Assembly: GCA_030770535.1 (NCBI GenBank)
Contig: JASVEC010000013.1
Location: 682,001-746,000 of the forward strand
From: Batkoa obscura
Taxonomy: Eukaryota
DNA length: 64,000 bases
Direction: 5' to 3'
Part shown: positions 1 through 12,345 of the stretch, piece after piece
Layout of the letters: the number at the start of each line of letters is the position of its first letter
How positions within the stretch are numbered: the stretch's first letter is position 1
The notes under the pieces: model-generated
What the model saw: the letters and a program-made list of their open reading frames with translations, nothing else
Told to the model about the DNA's origin: nothing
The model's database searches: none
Translations under genes and position numbers: made by a program

Positions 1-247
1 TGAATTCTAAACCTATATCTATTTTCTATTAATTCTTTTTAAATTTAATAATACAAATATTCCATTTTTAATTCCTTACTTTAGAATTGGAAACTTTAAA
101 AAACTATTGTGACTAAAAAAAAGCCATTTAATATTCTTTCTTAATAGATCAACTAGCAACCAAGCACCAACTATAACAACGATAATAACGATAACAACGA
201 TAACAGCAATAACAATAACAACATAACAATTGTAGAATATACATAAT

Positions 248-2307
248 ATGAATTTTGGTAATTTTGGTTTCCGTTTAGGTTTCAAAAAAAAAGAAGAGAA
301 CCGGTCATTACTCTTTGATGATGACGAACCAGCTTCAGCAATGAGTAATGAGCGAACAGTTAGCGAAGATAGAGTAGCTAATTTATTTGATAATGAACTA
401 GCATTTCAAGAAATGGAAGAAGAGGAGAGTAATAGGGGTATAGGTATGGGTAAATTAAAGTAAGTAGAAATTTTTATTAATATTTTAATTTAAATGGTAC
501 CAAACAATGGCTTATTTATATACTTTTTTTTTTAGTGAATCGAATTCTAATAGTAATCACAATTATGAAAAAAAAGGAGTTCAAGTGGATTTATTTGATG
601 TGTTAAATGAGGGTAAACAATATGAAAAAAATCAAAAGAAACAAGTGGACTTATTTGGAGAATTTGAAGGAAATAACAAGAATCAAAATCAATCAAGTGG
701 TAAGGATCTATTTGATGGCTTTGGTGATTTTATGAGTACAAGTAATAACAACAATAACAAAGAAGAAAATCAACAAAGTACAACTAAAGAGGACTTATTC
801 GATGGTTTTAGTGATTTTATGGGTACTGGGGACAACAATAGTAGTAATAACAATAAAACTACACAGAAGAAGCAGAGTTCAAAGAATGAGGATTTATTGG
901 ATGGGTTTGTTGATTTTATGACAACGAATGATAATAATAATAATGAAATTATGGAGGAAAAACATAGTAATGTAAATACAATCAATTTATTAGACGAATT
1001 TGAAGAGTTTACTAGTAGTAATGCAAATGGAAATAAAGGCGTTAATAAAAACATAAACCAAAGTTTTAATAAACATAATAATTTATTAGATGATTTTGAT
1101 AATTTTGCTAATAATACAAATGAACAAAAGAATGATAAAAAAGATGATAATCAAGATGAATGGAATGAATTTAATTTATTTACTCAATTTGAAGAGAGTA
1201 ATGGAGATATCAATAATAATACAAATATAAACACCAACGATCAAGATTTGTATGGAGATTTTGTAACAGCGGAATTTGAAGACAATGATAACAATAACAA
1301 TAATAATAATAATAGTAATACAAAACTAATACCAACAAATAACAGTCATACAATCTTACGCTCCAAAACAATGATGTTAGATAAAGATAAAGAAAGTCAA
1401 TTAATGAATTATAAAACACATCATAAAAGCTTATCTTTAGATATTAAACAAAAATTAAATAATCATCAAATTGATGAATTTGAATTATTAGATAAAACTT
1501 ATTTTCCAAAAATTATAACAAAAAAGAAAGAAAATCGAAAAAATAGTTGGAATAAAGGTAAGTTTTATTATTATTATTATTATTAACACAAGTTTATTAT
1601 GATTATTAATATGTTTAATTTTTTATATTTTAGATCCATCAACTCCTACTAAAGCATTAAAAGTGTTAAGGTAATTTATTAAATAATAATTTTATTATAA
1701 TATTATATATTTATAATTTTATAATAGTCATTTAGATATTGAACCTTGGTTTAAAATATATTCTTATATTGAAAATCAATTTCAATTAGCTATTGAGAAA
1801 TTAAAACAGTTAGATTTAATATTAAATAATAATGAGAGGTTAATTTTATTAGAATATAATCCATTAAATTTTTATTTAAAAGGTAAATTTAATACAATTA
1901 TTTATTTATTTATTTGTTAATTTATTATTTAGCTTTATTTGAACTTAAAGTTATAATTGAGCGTTTAGAATTATCTATTAATTATAATAAATTACAATTG
2001 GAATTGGATAATAATAATAATAATAATAATACAGGATTATTAGAAAATTTATTTTCAATAATAATTCAGTTAATGATGCGATTAAGTTTAACAATTGTAA
2101 GTTTCAATTGATTTAATAATAATAATAATAATGATTTTATTTTTTTAGCCTAATAAAGAAATCCCAAAATTACCTAAAAATATTAATCCAAATCATTGTT
2201 GTAATGTATGTTATTTACCTTTAATGAAAGATAATGAATTGAAATTTCATTTGACTTGTATTAATATTAAAAATAAGTTAAACAATAAAATGGAATTATT
2301 AATTTGA
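248..2307 (+). CDS. Multi-exon acidic/Asn-rich protein with repeated DFxxF-type adaptor-binding motifs and a C-terminal CxxC...HxxC domain; synergin-gamma/aftiphilin-like AP-1 accessory protein
   Basis: Inferred exons 248-459, 536-1557, 1634-1670, 1728-1882, 1933-2096, 2149-2307 bounded by GT..AG; exon1/2 frame checked. Motifs DLFGEF, DGFGDF, DGFSDF, DGFVDF, DEFEEF, DDFDNF, DEWNEF, DLYGDF. Last exon encodes HCCNVCYLP...KFHLTCIN. Confidence 0.6.
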
Positions 2308-2426
2308 TAATTTAATGATAATTTCAATAATATATCAATAATAACAATAAGTAATAATATAATAATTAAATTATATTTAATTTTTATTTTTATTTTTATT
2401 TTGTCTAATATATTTTATTGATTTTT

Positions 2427-4336
2427 TTAATATCTAATTACTTGATCACATCGTTGACATAATTGATTTTCAATTAAACTGTGATATTTCCAACATCTTG
2501 GACATTTAAATTGATTTTCAATTTTTTGTAATTGAAAATAGACTTTATTATTTATGTTTGAATCTAATTAAAAAAATAAAAATTAATATATTAATATATA
2601 ATTATCAAATATTCTTATTAATAAATTTACCATTAATATTTTTAACATCAAAACAATTCAATTCACTTAAATCTTCTGTTTGTTTAAATTGAATATCCGA
2701 TATTAACAACACATCAGATAATTGATGATGATTCAATTCTAATTTCGATAACCAATTTTCCATACTTTTATTTAAATTATAAAAATTTAATCTTAATTGT
2801 AAATTATTGGTAATTTTACTAAATTTAATTAAATAAATAAAAATACAATTAATATTCATTAAATAATAATAACTAAAATTAAAATAAACTTACTTTTCAA
2901 CTCGAAATTTTTCAATTGATGAATAAATATTTTGTTTAATTTGTAAAATCATTTCCCATTCTTGTTTTAATTGAACATTATAAAATTCTTGATTCTAAAA
3001 TAAAAATAATTGTTAAGACAATACTATTTTAAAAAAAACTTCTACAAATGAATCTTACTAATTTAACAAATCCTCTATGAAATACTGATTCCTTTTCATC
3101 TTTCAAAAATTGTTTACTTAAATCATAAGCCTCTTCAATCATTAATGGAGTAATTGGAGCAAGTAAACTTAAATAAGTTTCTAATACTTGTAATAATACA
3201 TATTCTACATTAGTTCTAGATTGAGATTCTAATTTCTCTGCATAAACTCGATCTTTTATAGAATCCAAATAAAAACTAGATAAAAAATTGGAAAATTTTA
3301 ATATTTCTGCAATTACTAAATGAAATTGATAATCTTCATAATAATTTTGACAATTAATTTGTAATTGAAATAGTTCATGTAATATATATTGATCTAATGG
3401 AAATAACTCTTTATATGATATCTCTCTTTTTGTTTTAACATTGCCTAATATAAATCGAATAGTGTTTCTAACTTTAAATAATGCTTGATTATTCATTTTT
3501 AATATATCATTTCCTAATGATACATCTTTTGAATAATCTGAACTAGCAATCCAAAATCTTAATAAATCAATACCATATGCTGGTTGATATTGTTTATTCT
3601 TCCCACCTTCAATAATTATTTGTGGCTCAATTATATTACCAATTGATTTAGACATTTTAACTCCTTTTCCATCTAATAAAAATCCATGTGTAATTAAGGT
3701 TTTATATGGTAATTTATCATAAGCACCTGTAGCTAATAATATTGAAGATTGAAACCAACCTCGATGTTGATCTGATCCTTCTAAATAAACATCAGAAATA
3801 TAATTATTATTAATATCATTATTAATATTATTATTTTCCTTTAATTCTTCAATTAAACTAAAACTAGTTCCTGAATCAAACCAAACATCCATAGTATCCA
3901 TTCCTTTAGTATATAATTGACTATCATATTCTAATGGTAATAATTCCTTCACTGATAATTCAAACCAACTATCTATTCCTTTTTCTTTTATTATATTAAT
4001 TACATGTGTAATAACTTTATTATCTAATAAAGGATTGCCTATATTTAATAATAAAATATAAAATTAATTAATAAATTAATATTATATTATTAAGTTACCA
4101 TTTTTATCATAAAATACAGGAATTGGTACTCCCCATGATCTTTGTCTGGATATACACCATTCTTCTCTTCCATTTAAAAATTGAATTAATCGATTTTTAC
4201 CTGAAGATGGTATTGTAGTAACTTGATTTAATTTCTTTATTGCATTTTTAGTAATTTGTTGAACATTAATAAACCATTGAGCAGTAGCTCTAAAATAAAA
4301 TTAGTTTAATATATTATTAGTATATCATCGTTATAA

Positions 4337-4403
<67 letters not shown>

Positions 4404-6659
4404 ATTTACCTTTGAATAACAGGTTTTTTTGATCTCCAGTCATATGGATAAGAATGAATATAATCATATGAATTAATTAAATTATTGCTTTCTTTTAATA
4501 ATCCTAATACCAATGTATTACCCTCTTTTAAAACAAATTTACCAGCTAATAATTCACCTGCTTCAAAAGTAAATTTACCATATTGATCCACTATAATTAA
4601 ATTAAGATTAATATAAAGTTAATTATTGTTATATAATAATATTATTATTATATTAATTTCAATTCTTTTAAAAATTACCTAAATTCTTTCCAATAATCTC
4701 ATATTTTTGACCACTACGATAATCATCCATACCATGACTTGGGGCACAATGAACCAATCCTATTTTTAAATTTTTTTAATTTAATATGAATAAATTCTTT
4801 TTTAACTTGTAAATTCAATCAATATTTACCAGTGCCTGAAGTTTCAGATACATAATCAGCCAATATAATCTTCAATTTTTCTTTATTAATTGGATGATAA
4901 TAATTTATTAATTCCAGTTCCTTTCCTATTAATAAATAAATGAATAAATAATTATTAATACTTTAAATATGAATTATTCTATATTATTTGATACCTTTGA
5001 TTATTTTCACTAATTCCAATGAATTCATAAATTCCTTGACATTTTCCACTCCTTTTTCACCAATAATAAAATACTTTTCCACATTTTTTTCTTTAAATAA
5101 GCCATAATTAATTTCAGGATGAACTGAAATAGCCTAGAAAATAATAATAATAAATAACTATTAAATATTAACATTTGAATTTTATAATTATAAAAATAAA
5201 ACAATACTTACTTGATTACTAGGAATTGTCCAAGGGGTAGTAGTCCAAATAACAACATTAATTTCTGCTTCTTTTGATAATGTATTGAATAACGGATGAT
5301 TCTCTATTTTTATTGGAAATGTAAAATTTATTAATTATATATTACTAAATAAAAATAACTCACTTTCAACATTAAACTTAATATAAGCAGCTGTTGATTT
5401 ATGATCATTTTTATATTCTAATTCAGATTCAGCGAGTGCAGTACTAATTAATAATTAATAAATATCTTTAATATCTTTAATTACTTTTTTAAATTAATGA
5501 AATTATTCATTTCACTTACAGTGTTGATGGGGACCAATAAACAGGACGAAATTGACGATAGACATAACCTTTAATAATATATTTAATATTCTAAGTATTT
5601 TAATTTGTAAGGGAATTTCAATTAACTTACCTTTTTCAATAAATTTTTTAAATACATTTAATTGACGAACTATATAATCAGTATCTAAAATAAAGTTTTA
5701 TAATTAATTTAATGAAAAATAATAGTATAAAAATCTTTGTTTTAAATTATTTAATGACTTACCTAAAGTTCTATAAACTTGATTCCAATCAGCCATTATA
5801 CCAAATTTTTTAAAATCTTCCTTTTGTGTTTCTATTGTTTCTAATGCTAATTTCCTCGCTTCTTTACGTATCTCAATGGGTGTTAATTTTTGTTTCTATT
5901 GTTAATGAAATTCTATTGTTAATAAATGAAAAAGAATGACTCCTCTTTTATAAAAAAAATCAAGCTATTGATAACACTATTATTATAATAAAAATTACTT
6001 ACTTTAAACTTTTCTAATGCTTTTAATTCAATGGGTAAACCATGACAATCCCAACCTGGTATATAACTAAAAAAAGAATTATCATTTAATTAATTTCATC
6101 TATTTTTCTATTATATCACAATTTACTTAATTTTATAACCTTGTAATAATTTATAACGATTAATTATATCTTTTAATATTTTATTCATAGCATGACCTAA
6201 ATAATTAATTCATAAAAATTATTTTAAAAAATATATATTTTTTCCAATTAAACTTACCCGAATGTAATTTACCATTAGCATACGGTGGGCCATCATGTAA
6301 TATAAAATTGGGTCGGTTTCCTTTTTTCAACTATTTAAAAAAATAAGATTATTAATCTCTTTAATTTTAATGCTCTCTTTATTATTCATGATATCAAATT
6401 AAAATATGATACAAAAGGAAATTTTTTTAATGTAATTTACCTGCCATTGATAAACCTCTGTGGTACTTTTTTCTCTATATTTTTTTTCCATCAAGGGATC
6501 AAACCTCAATTTAAATGAAGTTTCTGGTAATAATAATGTATCCGAATAATTTTTATTACTACTATCATCTTTAATTGTTGAATAAAATTTAATGCTCCTT
6601 TTTGATCCAAGTTGAGTTAACCGCTGTTTAGTTAATGAATGGAACCGATTGAATAACAT
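2427..6659 (-). CDS. ISM1: Mitochondrial isoleucyl-tRNA synthetase (about 18 exons)
   Basis: Basic N-terminal presequence ([14 protein letters not shown]); [66 protein letters not shown]-terminal KCPRCW...LCQRC zinc finger; stop at 2427-2429. Confidence 0.95.
4339..4401. repeat. (ATT)n microsatellite within an IleRS intron
   Basis: About 20 uninterrupted ATT units. Confidence 0.95.
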
Positions 6660-6886
6660 ATTAAAATATAATTAAAATAATTCAATTACACTTTATATTA
6701 ATTTTTGATTTTTTTGATTTTTTTTTACTTAAAATTAGAAAGTGAGTTCATATTGGCCAAATTTGAAAATCCTATCCCATAAATTTTTTAATCCCATTTG
6801 AAGAATTGTTTGAGTAAATCTCAGCATCAATCTTGAAATTTGAACCTTTTCATACCCAACCTATTTTTTAAAAAAAATCAACAAAC
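6660..6886. promoter_or_regulatory. Probable bidirectional promoter shared by two mitochondrial-function genes (IleRS and COX9)
   Basis: Only 227 bp between divergent start codons; contains ATTGG (CCAAT box on the minus strand) near 6752. Confidence 0.45.
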
Positions 6887-7125
6887 ATGGCCATTGCCCC
6901 AATTCGCGGAAAATTAGCACGTAGTATACGTAACGATATTGTAGGCTCGATCTCCTTAGGATTAGTGTTTGGTTATTTTTATTGGAATAATTACCATTTA
7001 CCAACTCAAAATAAGATCTCTGAATTCTATATCAAATTAGACCAACAAAAAGCAGAAAAGAAAGAAGGTAAGTTTTAAATTGAAATGTAAAATTATATTG
7101 ACTAATCTTTCTTTTTTTAGCTTAA
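6887..7125 (+). CDS. COX9: Cytochrome c oxidase subunit 9 (VIIa/COX6C family)
   Basis: MAIAPIRGKLARSIRNDIVGSISLGLVFGYFYW..H......EFY matches the fungal Cox9 pattern. Exon1 6887-7067, intron 7068-7120 (GTAAGT..GACTAAT..TAG), exon2 7121-7125, ending KKEA*. Confidence 0.88.
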
Positions 7126-8687
7126 ATTGAACTTCACGAAAGAGTTCTAATACTATCTTGAAAATTAAATTTTAAGCTTTTTTTATATTTTGTTGAAATA
7201 CTTTTTTTGGTACTTATTGTCTTGATTTATTTGCTTTGTCTTTATATATGATGTTGATTATAAACAGTTTACTAATTGGTTTTAAAAATGCTTTGTTATA
7301 TAAATTAGAAAGAATCAATTAATCTAAAAAAAAAGATTTAATTAGTATAAATTATTAAAATTAAGAATTAGAGTAATTTAATAATAGATATGCAGTTTTG
7401 TTTATTAGTTGATGAACTTTAATATAAAAACAGATGTATTTAATAATCAAATTCCAACTCAATAATATTCTAAAATTAAGTTGAATCGTTTTTATTTGTA
7501 AATACAAATTTATTATCTCTAGCATCTTAACATTAATTCGAATTCAAAGAACTTAAGCCACTTGATTTTGTATTAACGTCATTAAATAATAAAATATTAA
7601 TAATCATTCACTCTTATTTAATAATGAAAACTTAGTCAAATATTAGTATTTTTATCTTATTACCCCAGTCCATTAGTATTAATACCAATCTTCCATTATC
7701 TATTTTTTCATATTTTTATAATATCAGTTTTGTTTGGATTATCAATTATAACACTAATATTCTCTCACTTTAAAGGCAAAGTATGAATGTAATTATTTTT
7801 TCAATTAATATCATAATAGAAACTAATTTGATTTATTTTAAAAAATGGTGAAATATTTGAATTGAAATTGTTAATTAGGATTTTTTTTGGTCAAATAGAG
7901 TTAGAATTTTGAATTTAAAAAGAATAATCAAAATGTGACTAAAAAAAAATAATACTAAATAGTATATACAACTATTTTTCAATTTGAATTCAAAATATAG
8001 ACAATTGATATATTTTGTCATGCTATTTTTTATCGAAAATTTTTATTTTTCTAAAGAAAATCAAATAAAAATTCCTTGTTTCTTAATTTACTACTCAACA
8101 AACTAGATTGAGATGACATTAAAATATTACGATTAAGACATTTTAGGTAGTTTATTATGATTTATAAGAATGTATTCTATCTTAATCAGATACTAAGTTA
8201 TTAGCTAGTTGAAATATTTAATTTCCCTCCTTGATCGAAATATTTACTTTATTTTTAAGCTCCTTATTGTCCTGTATTAATTACTTAATAAACTAAACCT
8301 CATTGTTAATGTTTTAGAATATATATTACATTATTCAAACTAAAAAATAGAATGTTGATAGAAACAAGTAAAGGGCAAATAAAATCGAAAATGTATACAC
8401 TTGAAATTTTGTTTAAGAATTTAAATTCAAACAATTTGATAACAGTAGTATAATTTACTGCTTAAATTTGATTGACATTTACCTATGTAGTTTCTTTTTA
8501 ACCCATCTTTCAATAAAACAAAATTTGAAATCGATGGCTCACCCAACTTAAATGTCTAAGTTTTATATCGATAAAAAGTATAAATAGGACTATCATTACT
8601 GATATTTATTAAGTTGTCCTTTCATTTTTAAAGTCTTTATTTATTATTGGATATTATCATTTTTTTACCACTCATTTATCTTACATT

Positions 8688-9322
8688 GTGAAATTATTTA
8701 TCATTACTACATTTGCTAGCATAGCATAGCATAGCATTAACAGTAAATCCCAGAGGGATAGATGTTAGTAGTTCTCAACCCAATGTTAATTAGAATTCAA
8801 TTCGAGCAAATGGTGTTGAATTTGTATATATTAAAGCTACTGAAGGCACTACTTATAGAAATCCTCAATTTAATTCTCAATATACTGGTACAACAAATGT
8901 AGATTTAATTCGTGGTGCTTATCGTTTTGCTCGTCCTGGATCCTCTTCTGGTGCTGCTCAAGCTAATTATTTTGTAGCTAATGGTGAGGGGATGGAGCAG
9001 CGATTGTAGAACTTTACCTGGTGCCCTTGATCTTGAAGCTGATCGTAGTGGTTTATCTCAAGCAGCTACGGTTAATTAGATTTGAGATTTCAGTAACACT
9101 TACCATGCTAAAACTAGTAGATATTCAGTAATTTATACTACTACAAGTTGGTGGCAACAATGTACTGGTAATAATGCTAGTTTTAGGAATACTAATCCAT
9201 TATGGATTGCTCGTTGGTCCTTCCATACTTTTTAGCAATATGCTGATATTGGTCCAAATCCTGGTGACCAAGACTGTTTTAATGGTAGTTCTATTAACCT
9301 TCAAACTTTTGCTAGAAGATAG
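8688..9322 (+). pseudogene. GH25 lysozyme (muramidase) pseudogene, paralogue of 34394-35050
   Basis: Collinear with the intact gene. Start is GTG; TAGCA repeat expansion frameshift at 8717-8736; stops TAG 8791, TAG 9077, TGA 9083, TAG 9233; +1 frameshift near 8987; 33-bp deletion after 9217. Confidence 0.93.
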
Positions 9323-10035
9323 TAAAATGTACCAATTATATTATAAAATAAAAGTCCTATGTTAAATTTGTATTTTGTTGCTTCACAAGTTTATAATCAT
9401 ATAACAGTTTGCTTATCATTTTTATAATAAGAACTACCAAACCTTTTTTAAGAATTTTATTATTACTCAGATTTTAAGAATTTCATTTTACAAATGTAAG
9501 GTTTAAATCAAAGTAAAAAATTTATACTTTGATAACATTGGGTTTTTAGAAATGAACTTGCATTTTTCAAAGTATTCTTTCAATATAAGCAACAGTTTAA
9601 CTATTGAATCAATAATGCCCTATAATAGTAACGTTATCGAAATTAATGACATTTCATTTAAAAGTTCGATTTGTTGGATTTCTACTTCGATATTGTTATT
9701 ATTGTTTTCTTTTAAGCAGTTTTACTTGTTAGCCTTACCGGTACATAATAAATATTGTCGGGTTTTTTATATTAAAAGAGTTCATTCAATATCCTTATTA
9801 CTGTATCATTATCAGATGAGAGCACAAAAAAGTATTTATAAGGACTTAGTAATAAATTTACTTGACAAAATAGACCTGTTCTCATAATTTACTCATAATT
9901 AATATTAAAATTTAGCCAATGGTTAACTGAGTTTAAATGCTTGAAGAATGATATCATTTATCTGATAACTCATCTGATAAAACCCAAAGTTTATCTATTT
10001 TATCTCTCTCATCGCTTTAAACATAAACAATTAAA

Positions 10036-10814
10036 ATGGCCTTGAAAGATATATCAATAACCAACTTTTTACCTGCTATCATTTTTGGTGGATTTGCTAT
10101 TGGCGCTACAATTATTTTAGATTTAAAGATTAGAGAATTTAGAAAAACTTACTCAGCTAAACCAAAGGTAAGATTTTGTTATTTCATATTTAGTTTTATA
10201 ATATTCGATTTTAGGAGATTGAAAAAGGGAATGGAAAACCAGATATAATAATCGGAAAAGATGAAGATAATAGAGAAGAAGAAATAAAAGAGAATGAACT
10301 AGAAAAAGAATTAAAGGATAGACATGTTTTATTTGTGTGTATGAGATGTACTTATAAAGAAACGAATTGCGGAAGTTTAATAGATTGTAAATTAGAGCAC
10401 CCTGAGAATAAAATCATAGATCAAGACATGGAAGAATTAGTAGCAGATAAAGAAAAAGAAGGAGTTAAACTTAAAAGTGGAGAAATATTGTATCATAAAT
10501 TGATTAAAGCTCATGGCAAACCTAATAGTCCAACAAGGAAATTCCGCAAAAAATTTGAGATAAGACCCACCCGTTGTCTCTCAGTTTGTGAACAAGGTAA
10601 TGCTATTGCTTTAAATGGCCCTGATACCAAATTTGCTTATCAATTTGCCAAACTTAATCAAGATCATCCTAAAGTAGTAGATGATATTTTGGATTTCTCA
10701 GCGTATTATGTTGAATCAGAAGATGGTTATTCAAAAAACAAGACCAGACCTGATACTTTAAAGGCTACTATTACCTCCCGTGTTCCACCTAAGAATCACT
10801 ATTCAAATGCTTAA
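10036..10814 (+). CDS. DUF1636-like Cys-rich (putative metal-binding) protein with an N-terminal transmembrane segment, 243 aa, 2 exons
   Basis: Exon1 10036-10167 (44 codons), intron 10168-10214, exon2 10215-10814 in frame. Motifs HVLFVCMRC, GEILY..L, IRPTRCLSVCEQGNAIAL, KFAYQF, DDILDFSAYYVESEDG, RPDTLK..ITSRVPP follow the bacterial DUF1636 pattern as recalled. Confidence 0.75.
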
Positions 10815-12345
10815 ATTTATTCTTATTGGCGGTATCATTTCGTTTCCCTCTATTATTTTTATCAATTAATGCTTCAAAGTGAGCTTTCTTTATTTTACAG
10901 TTGCTGTAACTTTTTCTTACAAGGGCTTATAGCTTTGAAAAAACTTGTATCTTTCTTTCTTCTATGCTAGCTATAGCTGCGTTATTTTTAGTCATTAAAA
11001 TTAGATAAAAATAAAGCTGATATAAAAATTTATTATTCTGTTAAATCAATTAATAGTTTTCATTTTAATTATCTATGATTTGAATATACTAGTATAATTA
11101 TTGCTTAATCTTAATTTAAAGTTGACTTTTTGATAGATGACATTTTAAATTTACTGAAATCAACTATCAGTGAATAAAAACTTACTGATTTTAATTCATG
11201 ACTTACAAAGAGCTAAAAAATTGAGAGGTTTTAGGATATAGAAAGAGAGGCTTAGTTTTTTAAAGAACATTCTTAAAATTGAAACCTGGTATTATAATTG
11301 GAGTACTGGTCTATAGAGCGTGGGAACATTTAAAAAATATTTAATTTTACTTTACTGTTTAAAGTTAAAGGGAATCAAGAAGAGAGGTAAAAATAAATGA
11401 CAAAATGAATACATTAAGTAATTATTTAGTTACTATAAAGCTGTTGTAATTAAGTAAATATTTATTTAATGACTCTAATGTAAGCTTAAAACGAAAGTAG
11501 GAATAGCTAACTGGTGATTTTATTGATAACATCATGGTTATATTATAATTATGAGATTTAACCTAATTAAATGTATTAATAAACAAATAAAATATTTCAA
11601 ATACTCAGCATCGCTCACATAAAAAGTTAGGGCTGTCAAACAAGAATGCTTAGTAAATTCGCATTTGACCTGATCATTAGCCTGATCTTTATCTCCTTTC
11701 TTTAAGGGCTTTACTTAGTGGGTAAGATAACTAGAGCAAAACTTAATATAGTAAAAGACCAGATAACTTTCAAATCCTCATTGTAACAAGAGTTGCTTTA
11801 ATTGGAGCAATTTGAAAAAATTTAATCAAAATTTAATTAATTAACCAATCAATTCTATTTATCTGAGCCAAAATTTACTATAATTTATTTAAAAACTATT
11901 TATATTTCTTTAAGCCATCTATAACTACTGTATATCATAGTACAAAGCTTATTGTCAATAGAACTAATTTTTAAGCTTAATACCATAATTTAAAGATGGC
12001 TTAATTGTATAGTTAGGTGATCTGAGCTCTATTTGAAACTTTAATCAATTAGCTATAGATCATCTGATTAACACAAAAAAGGAAATTAAAAGGCATGGAT
12101 CAATATGACTCACCAGTAATATTAATTTTTTCCACCCACCCGATAACTGTTACTTATAAAAAAATCATAACTTGGAGTATATAAACAGAATAAAGGAGAT
12201 TTAATTGAAAAGTTTTAAGATTATTTTTTTATTTGAATTTTAGAGTTATATTCGATATATATTCTAGACCGCGTATTTAATACTTTTATTAGTTAATATT
12301 CTTAGATCTTTTTTAAACTTATTTTACAATCATAAACAATTTACA

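Noticed and set aside
76..285. Hydrophobic minus-strand ORFs at 76-285, 770-1054 and 1210-1419
   Set aside because: Antisense translations of AAY-rich low-complexity sequence in and around the first gene.
9174..9365. 63-aa ORF with a homologue at 34378-34575
   Set aside because: Both are alternative-frame readings of the lysozyme gene and its pseudogene; the similarity just reflects the duplication.
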